Shown here one piece after another: positions 39,093 through 50,500 of a stretch of 64,000 nt of DNA. The position numbers were made by a program, and so were the translations under genes. Each line of letters starts with the position of its first letter. Positions within the stretch are counted from its first letter, which is position 1. Source of the stretch: Adineta vaga (Eukaryota > Animalia > Rotifera); contig CP075497.1 in assembly GCA_021613535.1 (NCBI GenBank), forward strand, positions 1,054,001 to 1,118,000, written 5' to 3'. The notes under the pieces are model-generated. The model worked only from the letters and a program-made list of their open reading frames with translations. It ran no database searches and had not been told where the DNA came from.

Positions 39093-40646
39093 TGTCGTGT
39101 CGAAGTTACACTGTTTGTCGAAGTTATAACTTCGACAAAAATATTGTCGAAGTTACAACTTCGACAGACGGTATCGTCGAAGTTGTAACTTCGACAATTC
39201 TCTTCGACGAAGTTATAACTTCGACAATACGACTTATCGAAGTTTAACTTCGACAAGCAAATTTTGTCGAAGTTATTTTAAATGATTTGAAAACATCAAA
39301 CATTAAAAATCATTGTTCTTTCGTGATTAATATTAATAACTAATTTTAATCTAATAGAGATAGATAGAAATTTATTGAATTTTTTTCAAAAATGTACGAG
39401 ATATTTTCGAATAATAAAGTATGTGTTTTAAAGAATCTGAAAGTTTTTGAACTTGAATGGACAACTTTGAAAGGATTGCTCTTCTACAATTGACAAAGGT
39501 ATCAATAATGCAAACATGTATTCAATTTTACTCCTTTCATTTTTGTTCTTTTCATTTATCTGTTAATTAAATGCATTTGATCGAAATAAACTTATATCTC
39601 ATAAGCCTAATTTATAAAAGAAAGAACATATAAGACAATTAATTATCAGATTATTGGATCATATTGAATAATATCCATCTGTAAAGTATAAAGGGAAGTG
39701 AAAGATTGTTTGAGAGTTTATTTTTTGACATAAATCATCGATTCTTGTAATTATATTTTCACGAAATGACATCCACATCGATTGCATCACCTGTACAGGT
39801 AAGTAAATACAATTATTTTGAAATATGAATAAAGGACATTTATGTAGATGATCCCTGATTCATCTGCTACAGCTGATCTAAATGTGGGCGACAATGTTGT
39901 AAGTACTATTTATTCGAATAGTATTCGGTAAATAATAATCCTTTTTTTCAGTTGATTCCAGTACCGGATGTTGATCGAGGTCCAACTGATGCACGTAATA
40001 TACTTGCTGTTATTGTTGAAATAAAAGATGACAAATACAAATTAGGAGTAGAACAAGGTATCATTAATGGCTATTATAGTTTTCATCAAATATCAAAAGC
40101 ACCTGGAACACCAACTATTTTAATTGATAATGTCAATGAAGGTATTAAAATGTCTTTGAGAGAAATTGTTAAACTTCAAAGTATTACAAATGGACAAGGA
40201 GTATTAAAATGTGCATGTAAAGGTGGTTGCTCAAATGGTCGATGCAAATGTAAACAAGCTAATGTTTTATGCAATTCGCGATGTCATAATTCAATGACGT
40301 GTTCTAATAAATAGTTTAATAAATAATTTATTATATAGACTTGTCAGTTTTGTTGTGTTTGTGGATTTCTTGTACATTTTTGAAAAAAATTCAATAAATT
40401 TCTATCTATCTCTATTAGATTAAAATTAGTTATTAATATTAATCACGAAAGAACAATGATTTTTAATGTTTGATGTTTTCAAATCATTTAAAATAACTTC
40501 GACAAAATTTGCTTGTCGAAGTTAAACTTCGATAAGTCGTATTGTCGAAGTTACAACTTCGACGATACCGTCTGTCGAAGTTGTAACTTCGACAATATTT
40601 TTGTCGAAGTTATAACTTCGACAAACAGTGTAACTTCGACACGACA
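39093..40646 (+). mobile_element. Ginger2/TDD-like DNA transposon (KRBA2/SCAND3-type integrase family), internally deleted
   Basis: TGT...ACA termini; ~300-bp TIRs (39093-~39401 / ~40368-40646); TATA flanking both sides. Removing the element plus one TATA restores the ATPase frame (HS-IYK-ESTL). Internal spliced ORF VGDNV|LIPVPDVDRGPTDARNIL..GQG..KCACKGGC..RCKC..LCNSRCH. Confidence 0.85.
39766..40314 (+). pseudogene. Intron-containing transposase remnant (C-terminal SH3-like and Cys-rich part only)
   Basis: Exons joined by GTAAGT introns (~39799-39848, ~39899-39951). C-terminus typical of KRBA2-like integrases; the DDE core is absent. Confidence 0.7.
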
Positions 40647-42555
40647 TATATACTGTGATTTTCTTGATGAATTGAACTAACTGATGGTTTTCCTTTGGCT
40701 GGAAACACTTTTGAGTTTGCGTGATGAGAAATATGACGAGATACGATAGATAATCGTTGATTTGTTTGTTTTTTTTTCAATGGATTTTCTTCTTGATTTT
40801 CAAATACTTTATGTTCTCTGTCGATATCCCAGAAAATGTCAGTTACTACCATTTTATTTTTGGTCAATGTTCCCGTTTTATCCGTAGCTATGACTGAAAT
40901 CGAATTGAAACTTTCGACAATTTGTAAACTTTTTCCTAATATTTTTTGTTGACTCAGTCATTTTGCTACTATTGCTAAGGCTAAACAGAACTAATTTAAA
41001 TATTCTTTTTTTTGGATATTCAAATATTTCTTACCAAGTGTTATAGCTGATGGTAAACCAACAGGTAAGAAACTAACGATCATACCAATTGAGTTGAGAA
41101 TATTTCCGATAAGAGTAATAAAAGTTGGATGATTAAATTGCAACCAAGATAACCAAGTAATCCAAAGAACAATAATACTGAGAATATCAGCAACAATCAC
41201 AAACAAAACAAAACGATTAACTTCACGATTTAGATTAGTGATTTGATTATTCGAATTTTCTTGCGTTGTACGAGACATTTTGCCTAAAACTGTATTGTCT
41301 CCTGTGGCAATAACAATTGCTTCACCAATACCTTCTTCAATTGATGATGAATAAAATCCAAGATTAGTTGCTTCCATCAAAGTTTGATTGTTACATTCAG
41401 TTGTGACTTTGTAAGGTTTTCTTTCGCCAGTTAATTGTGCTGAATTTATCTGTATACAAAATATCAATAAAATTTACTTGAAAAGAAAAAAGAAAATTTA
41501 CTTTCAATCCTTCACAAGTTAAAAATCGACAATCAGCTGGTGTTATATCACCCATTCGTATAATAATAATATCACCTGGAACGAGATCATTAACAGGAAT
41601 ATGCTGTTCTATACCATCACGACGAACGGTAGCATCTTTTGGTGATAATTTTGCAAACGATGCTACAATCTTAATAGATTTTAGTTTTTGATACACGTTC
41701 AGAAAAGCATTACAAGCAATGACCGAAAAAAGTACAATACCAAGACTTAGATTTGTAATCGATGGATTTGACCCACCAAGTGGTTGATAAGCAACTATAG
41801 CAAGAATACCACCAGGCCAAAGAATACAATTAAAACCCATGAATAATTGTTTAAATAGTAACCAAAAATAATTCGGTGATTGAGGTGGTGTTATTCGATT
41901 CATTCCATAATGTTGTCGAGCATCATGAACAAAATTTGTTGATAGACCAGTACGTTGATTTGAATGAAAACGTTGAAAAACATTTTCTAATGAAATTATA
42001 TGAATATCTTGATCAAATCGAGACATATCAGTATTGGCCCAAAGATCAATATTTGCATGTTCTATTTCACCCATATTACCAATACTATCTCTTTTTCGTT
42101 GTTACCTATTATCTTCGTCTGGTTGATGAAATATCTTTTATTTTAAATGATAGTTAAATAAATGTTCTTATGATTCTATTTATATTTCATGATAAACAAT
42201 TTTTTTTCATTTCGAAAAAAATGTCTCATCGATTTTGATTATTAATTAGTTTTCTGATGAAAAATTTCAAAAGATTTAAATAAATATTTGGTGCGACAGC
42301 ATATAAAAAGAGACAGAGTATAAGTAATAACAACTGACAAAATCATTCTTTCAAAAATTCAAATGCATATCTAATATGACACGACAAACACAGACAAGAA
42401 TAATCATGTTTCGAATAATTCAAGTGAATATCTCGTATGATGTTAGAGAAGGCTAAATGTACTTGGAATATTTTTCGGGTGATGGTGTGATGAGAATAAA
42501 GAAGAAACACTACACACAGAAGATATTTTGTTATTATTTAATGACATGGATATAT

Positions 42556-43010
42556 TTATGAATTGATTGTTTTTCGTGTATGTTCTAAATTTTTGATATA
42601 TGTTTGAAGATTTGGGTCATTGGGAAGTAATGCACGTTTCCCAATATGAACAGCATTTTCAAATGATTCAAATGCTTTCGAGTACTGTCCAATATTATTG
42701 TGATGCATTGCTCGATGAGGATCAATGATAGAAAGTTGTTTATTGTCATAGATCGACAATGCTTTTACCTAGATCATCATAAGCTGAACCTATGTGATTG
42801 TGAATAGTTGCAACATTCTCATGATCAGATCCGAGTTGATCGACATATATTGTTAAAGCATCAATATACAAACAAATGGCATCATGAGAATGACCTCGAG
42901 TCGATTCGATTTGACCAAGTTGATAATAGATTTGAGCTTCTTCTAATCGTGTTGGTTTATTGTTTAATATTTTTTGAGATTATAATGAAATAATAGGGAA
43001 GAAGAGTAAT
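42556..43010 (-). pseudogene. TPR-repeat gene fragment
   Basis: HNNIGQYSKAFESFENAVHIGKRALLPNDPNL, plus upstream frameshifted TPR pieces (ATIHNHIG). Confidence 0.65.
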
Positions 43011-43397
43011 TAATGGGAAATATTGAATAAAAAACATTTCTTTCTTGTTGATACCTACTACTTTTTCATGAAAAATAAGAATATATCTTTCAGTAGTTGC
43101 CTAAGCTAAAAGTATAATAAATGCACAGAAAAGATAATAAGCAAATAAATGATAGAAAAAGTTAGAGAAGTAATGTGCAAAACCAGACTATATTAGATAT
43201 CATTACCATGTCTTTTTCTTGACAATTTGACAAATAAAATAGGATACTTCTCATGAGCTATAGTTGAAACTGTCAAATGAATATATAAAAAGTACATAGA
43301 TTTATCGATTGACAGCAACAAAGTTATTTATTTTTGGTTATTAAAAAAATATAAGAACTTTCGTTTTATTTCATGTTCATTAGAAAAACACAGATTC

Positions 43398-46016
43398 TTA
43401 TAATCGTTTACGAATTTCTGCAAGTAAAGCATCAAGTTTGTTTGAATCATTGCCCAGAAGATAGAGAAGACGTTGACGTGCTTTCAACACGACACCATAC
43501 CATAATGATGAGAATGCAGCAAAACTTGTTTCCAATACAACAATGACAATAGCTGAGACAATTATTTGATTATTTGCTAGTTGTTGGAATGTATCCAACG
43601 AATGTCCTGTCAATTGTTCGATACTTTCTGAATCTAAATCCCAACTACCGTCAAATTTTTGCTGAGCGATCAAATGACGAACACTATCTTGATTGTATAT
43701 GTATTGTGGATCTCCAGAATGATGACTGAAAGTGCTCGGCGTATCCGTGACTGCCGAATACTGAAAAAAGAAAAATCAACATAGAGATCTTAAAATTCTA
43801 TCATAATTTCGAAAAATATGAGACAAATATTTTACCTGTACTGACGGAACATGAGTGTAGTCATTTAACAGGGAACGCAAAAACTGTCTTGCCAGATTTG
43901 AGGGTGTTGAATAATGAGAAGGATTCGAGCTCGAAGAGAATCCACCAATGTAACCGTCACCATTGATGTCACGCCCAATGGCCCTCTCTAACCTGCTGAG
44001 ATAACCGCCACCATTTAAATCCGCTCCATACCTTCTTTCCAACATGTTGGCAAGTCTCGAATTCATTGCTCCATAATGTGCATATAAGTGTTGGTCGTCG
44101 ACCGATATTTGAATTGGTACTTCACTCAAAATCATATCAGCATTATTTGAATTGATTCGTTTCTCGACGCCAACAAAAGCTGTGTGATGACTAAGAATAT
44201 GATATTGAAGAGATAATTCCGTAATACGTTTCTTTATGTTATGCTTCGCTATTTTGTCTTCATTATAAGCTACTAAAGTTGACTGTTGTTCTAGTAAACT
44301 ATTTTGTAAAGAACCAAAACTTATTTTCGATTGAGATGAGGGTAATTTGACATGTTGTAGTTCAAGAATAAGCGCTTTCGCAGCCAGTCGAGTAATCATA
44401 TTATTACTACCTACACTATGCGATTGAAATAGTTTTGTTTCACACAATCGATACTGTTCTATCGTTAGTTCAACACTTGAATTAGGATCGAATTGAGCAG
44501 ATTTATTATCAGTTAGCGCATAAATAATTAGACGTTCACCAGCATAAATAGGTGGTATTTTAGTTGGAGCGCTAGTTACTGGCATTCTATTCAAATGCCA
44601 ATTAACTTGAATATTCATAATACATGGTTGTAATGCTTTCTGTAGTTGTTCACCGACGTAAAAATCGACACTGCTGTTTGGTGGAATAAAGACATAGCGA
44701 CCGTTCGTTGCGCGAGCTAATCCTTTGACAAGCGAACGACTAGGAGATGAACCCAATCCAAATGAAAAGATACGAGTTGAAGTAGCCATTGTTCGACAAA
44801 GATCAATCACTTCCTCGACATTAGAAATTTCACCATCAGTAAGAAGAAAGATTTGTCGAGCATGACCTTGACGTGGTGGTTGGCCTTCAAGCCATTGAAG
44901 AGAGTGTAGCTAGATAAAGAAAATTATTCATCATGTCCGGAAGGCAATGTTAATTAAAAGTTTACTCACTAGTTCAGTACCACCTAAATTAGCTCTGATT
45001 TTTTTAATGTATTGTTCAGCTTTTTCCGTATTTTCTTCATTATAAATATCTGTAATATCTTTGAATAGAGATTTATATTTAGATCCAAATCGAATAATAT
45101 TAAAGTAAGAATTAAGAGGTAAACTCTTAAGAAAAAGTGAAATTGCTTGGCGAGCTAGACCAATTTTGTTATCAGAATCCATTGAACCACTACAATCAAT
45201 AATAAAAATAAATTCATTCATCATTTGACCATGAAAATTTCTGAACCGTTGGAAGTCATTGTCACTAGGTGTAAATGATAACATCACTGCACCTGCTTCA
45301 ACGGCAACAAATGTATTCGATCGATCTGCAGTTAATTGCATATCTAAAATAATATCACGATCTAATTGAGTATTTTGTTGAGCAAATATAATTGTATAAT
45401 AATATTGTTCATTGGAATATATTTGAATTGGATGAGATGGTGAGTTGATTTGTCCGATTCCAAGTTTGTTAACGTGACAACGAAAATCAATCGTATACGA
45501 ACTCGAGTGAACATAAATAGAAGTGGTATTCGCAGGTGAACTGATACCACCTTGACTGGGATTGTAACGAGAAGCAATCGTTGTTGGAAGAACAAATCGA
45601 ATCTTAGTACTATTTTCGACAAGATCCAATTCAGAAACATATGAGATAATTATTTGACACTCTTTACCAGATGGAATAGCACCAATATTAACGATGAAAT
45701 TATCTTGTGATTGATCATTTTGTTCAAATAGATAAGCTCCATGACCTGCTTGTAAAGCATCATTATAATCTTTTTGTGCTTTCTTTTTCTCTTTCAATAT
45801 GGCAATTATTTCTCGATCATCAATCCGTGCTACAAAACTGTATATAGCTGCTTGCTCTTCGATTGGAAAACAATATACAGCTTCAATTGATGTTCGTTCA
45901 TCATTACGAAATATTTGAGTAATACATACATTAGCAGCATATGATTGAATCGTAGCTGAAATACTTACTCGTTTAAGGGGAACATATAATTGTGTATTGC
46001 TTTTTATTAGAAGCAT
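43398..46016 (-). CDS. VWA5A-like protein (VIT + vWA domains); introns ~44910-44969 and ~43761-43835
   Basis: VIT: EAVYCFPIEEQAAIYSF..A.L. vWA MIDAS: FIIDCSGSM, LGGTE, FLLTDGE, RIFSFGLG. C-terminal QQKFDGSW. Start may extend upstream. Confidence 0.9.
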
Positions 46017-47300
46017 ATTCAAATGAATGATGTATCGTAAATAAACACTTCCTTTTTATCTACCTGTAGAATATATTACATTTTCTTACTCATGTAATTA
46101 CATATAAATAAGTGTGACACATAACCCATGATATCTGAGCCCTTATTGAGGAAGTAGACGATAACATTGATTTGAAAAAAACAAACAAATAAAATATACT
46201 CTTCACATCGTTCAATATCTGTTTCATCAGATTTTATTTGATTAAATAATTGAATTAGAAATTTAAGACAAATACTGAAAATCATAAAGCTTTTTTTTTA
46301 TTGTAAATGGTAATGAATAAATCTATATATATATATATATAGAACTGATTTCTGTTTGATTACCTTCAATATGAAAAGCGAATTGATTTGCAGATAAGGG
46401 ATATTTTACATTATTACGAAAATATTTTGATATCGTTGAAAATCATATATGATTTAATAGAGCGCAGGATACTTTTGGTATTATGTTGAGATAGTCTATA
46501 CTTGGAAATTCACTCTCATAACATATAGAAAGGCTATCTGTTATTTCGAGTTGCGTAAAAACTTTTATAAAGAAGAAAGTTCAATTCAATGTACATTACA
46601 TCAAAATACTTTCATTAAACTAAAACAATGACATTGAAAGTATAGATAAAGGTTGATTGTTCATATACATATCCTCAAGATTTTCTTTTTTTGATAAACT
46701 AAGTGAGATATTTGTAGAATACATCATCTTTGTTGTGATTGTTTTAGTTTGACTAAAAAGAAGATTCAATTACTGAGAAATAAATTCATAGATTTTTCTC
46801 ATTGATTTGGATTAGACAGAAGTTTCAATTGATAATTTCTGTTAATCTCAACATGTTGACGATTTATCATTAGTTTTCTAGTATAAAATTGAATGATTCT
46901 AATATTTGACAACGTATGTGTTACACGTCATTATTACAAATACTCTGGGACAACTAAGAATTACATAGTTCAGTGATACCCACGTCTGATCGGTCTTTAC
47001 GACGCAGTTTTACATTATTTTTATGAATATAGAGAATAAACAAAGTAAAATAAATAAATCAATAAATTCTTTATGCATCTTCGAGTAATAATTCTGTTCC
47101 AGTATCATTATTCCCATCAAATATTTTGACTCACGAGATGTCGATGATGGACTTAAAATAGGTTGTGAGATTTGCCACATGTCATGCTTTGTTTCTAGAA
47201 TGCGAACTGAATGTAATTTCTTATATTTGTTCAATATATCTTCACGAATACGATGCTGAACATACAAGGGTAATATTAACAGTTGATATTCAATATATCA

Positions 47301-47366
47301 GGTATGGGTGAGGGTGTTAGTTAAAAAGAGATCGTCGCACAACTCCACACCCACACCCTCAAGATG
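47301..47366. repeat. Telomere-like inverted-repeat element (copy N)
   Basis: GGTATGGGTGAGGGTGTTAG - spacer - CCACACCCACACCCTCAAGATG. Confidence 0.8.
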
Positions 47367-47503
47367 AATTCAAGTGTGATAACAATGAACTATAAAACGC
47401 AACACACGAGATCACATTCGTGATAAAAAAAAAGAGAAAGAGAATGAGAACAGAAATAGATAATGTAATGTGTATCCATGTCTACATTATCGACACACCT
47501 TCA

Positions 47504-50500
47504 CTATTTATTTTTAGGCGTCGGCCATTGATCATCGGGAATATGGGTAGTAGTTTCTACTTCTTTTATTTTGGTTTGAGAATTTATTCTGGTCACTGTA
47601 AGTTTATAGTTAGGACTGCTTTCAGAACTTGCTGGATGTCCAAAGATTGTCTGCAGGTGCGTAGGGCCACATAAATCTGGCTCATTCTGATCATTTATTT
47701 TATTATGCAGAACTAATGTGGCTTTGTCAGCCAAAGCGTAAGTTGTGTCCTTATTTTTCGCTGAATCAGTTATGAGAACCGGTTCCTTTAAAGGGAATGT
47801 TACTTCTGCTTTAACAAATTGTGGATCTTGCGATAAGCATTGGTTTCCAATGATGTATTCCATGCCCTCTCTGAAACATTTGGTTTGATCATTTTTGTTA
47901 ACGAAATTTGTATGATTTTGTTTTTTAGCTATCTTATCATGTGACAGGTTGCCTTGTATATGGTCGTTTGGATGTCCTGCTGCGTTTGATCCATGAGGTT
48001 TAACACCTTGAGATCCATCTAACACGAATCTTTCTTCACCAAGATGATGTTTAAATCCTCCCATTATCAATGCATCTTTCTTGTACTGCTCCAATCTTTC
48101 AATATCATGAGCCTGATTAGCAAGGTTGGCCTTATTATTTTCCATTCTAATGGCTATATCATTTCTTAGTTGATTGGGATCTTTTCCTGTTTGTTGAGCA
48201 ATAACATTAAATAAACAATTGTTTTGATCACCATTTCGAATCATCGGTTCTTGACTGTCTGGCAAAGTCCAGTGACCCTGAGGATTATCGATCGTTGGTT
48301 TATGGTATTGTACTTCTATTGGATCACCACTTTTGTTCTCACCAATAATACGTATAACTTGTCCCTTGTCATCGAACACTTTAATTGATCTGCCAGTTTC
48401 ATCACTGAGTGATCCCAAGTGAGGTAGTCCAGCCTCGCCACCATCTTTTAAATCACGTACCATATCTTCTACTTTCTTTACTGCTTTTGGATCATCCGCT
48501 CCATATTTGAATTCATTTGGTATCCTATTATTTCTATCACCATCCTGAAAAAATTCTATTCTTCTTTGTGCTTGATAATTATTAATTTGAAATTGTATAT
48601 TTCTGTCTAAGTCTGCAGTTAATAATGTCATACTATGATTAATACCAACATCAGTAACTAGAACAATCAATTTACGTTGTATAATATTACAAATATGTTG
48701 CGATACATTCCTTGCTAATGCTCTGTATAAGTCATCGAAAGATTTATTTTCTCTTCCCAAATTGACTTGTTCAGGTTCTGGTACATTTTTAAGATCGATG
48801 TCTTTACTTGATGTTTCTGGAATATAAGTCGATACATAAGTTAGAGTATCTTCTTCTTTCATGCATATCCTGCGTTTTTGTTCACTTGTTGTGTGCTGTT
48901 GTTGTTGTTGTTCTAATTTCTTGTAATTTTGAGTTTCTTTTTCATCTAATTTTTCTTCTTTGTATATATTTTCGACTACTTCGTTTAATTTTTCTATGAA
49001 ATTAGGCACAAATTTATCTAACTCCTCTAAAGTTTGTTTTACTTGAACAGCTTTCAATACTGCCGATAAACCGGATATTTTCTGTGTAGCAATACCTTTA
49101 ACTATACCAATAGTTATAGTTTTTAATGCACTTTGTTGTTCAGTTGAATGGAATAATTTCATTGCTTTTTGTCTGATAAGACGTTCATAGTAATTATTTC
49201 GATTTTTTTCATCTAATTGCAGCATTTTTTTCACTTGATGATTGATTAATAAAGCATTTTGTATTGGCTTTTCAACTCGTTTCATAACTTCGTCTTGTAT
49301 AATAGGCATCAATGATTTACTTACACCATGATCAACGAGTTGTGTTATTAATTCTTTCGCTATACCTTTCGCTAAACCTGCTGCAATAGCTTTCGCTGCT
49401 AATATCCATCCTGTTTTTACTGTTGTCGTCATAACTGTACCGATGCTACTCACTCCTGCCAGTACAGTTTTTGCTACATCTAGCATTGCACCAAATCCGA
49501 CACATACAATAGCTACAGTCAAACTAATAGCTTTTTGTATTCCATATGATTTCCAATCAAAATCTCGATTGATAATGCCGCGTTGTACTATGATAATTAG
49601 ATCACTAACACCTTCAGCAATTAATGCTGTACCGATGGCACTACCTATACCGGCAGTATATACAGCAAGTGCTGCTCCAGCAACTATTTGTACAATACCA
49701 AGACTGGCAACAATAATAACTGCAGACCAATCAATCGGTTTCAATCCTTTTATTTTAAAGGATCCGAAAAATCCATTATTTCTATATTCTTCAATTTCAT
49801 CGCTATACAACGTAATATCTTGATCTCGTGGTAATAATTGTTCAATATCTAAATATTCAACTTCAATATCATAATTATCTTTTCTTGCTTGATCAATACA
49901 TCCATGTTCTTGTTCTTCATTATTAACTTCTTCTATTGTATTTCCAATTGCTAATTCAATTGTATATTTTTGTATACTAAATAAAAGCATTTTGCATCTT
50001 AATTGTTCAGATAAAGCATCAGAAATTGATGTTTGTTGAATGACATGTAACATTGGTTCTAAATTCTCTTCGATAATTTGTTTTGCTCGTTTAAAATCCT
50101 TAATTGCTGCATCAATTTTGTCTTTATTTCGCTTACAATCTTTTCCATATTCAGCAAGTAGTGCGTATCCACGATTATAATATGCATTAACTTGAAAATG
50201 TTCATCTAATTTGATTGCTTTTGTAAATTCTTCGATTGCTTCTTGATTTTTTCCTGCATCTTTTTTCTTTAAACATTCATTTCCAATTAAAACATGAAAA
50301 CATGGATTTCGAATTAAAGTATTTTCTGCATTATCTTTCAAAATTTCTTGTTCAAATTCTTTAAATTTTCGCAACATCTCGTCTTTTGTTATTGTTTTCG
50401 TTGATTCTTGCATTTTTAACCAAATACCAAATCTATCTTCAACGGCACGTAATTTTATTTTCTTTTCTTTTGTTTGTATATCATCATTTCCATTAATATT

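Larger units (their letters stand above)
36757..42074 (-). pseudogene. P-type (P2C, Na/K- or H/K-ATPase alpha-like) cation pump, multi-exon, disrupted
   Basis: Motifs LTGE, DKTGTLTKNKM, LCNNA, KGAPE, TGDYPTTA, GDGTNDAPSLK, ILLDNNFSSI..GR. In-frame TGA at ~40958-40960, DPPR altered to DSLR, and a 1.55-kb transposon insertion. Confidence 0.9.

Noticed and set aside
39101-40640. Palindromic repeat-spacer arrays resembling CRISPR
   Set aside because: Spacers are only ~14 bp, the two arrays mirror each other as TIRs, there are no cas genes, and the context is eukaryotic.
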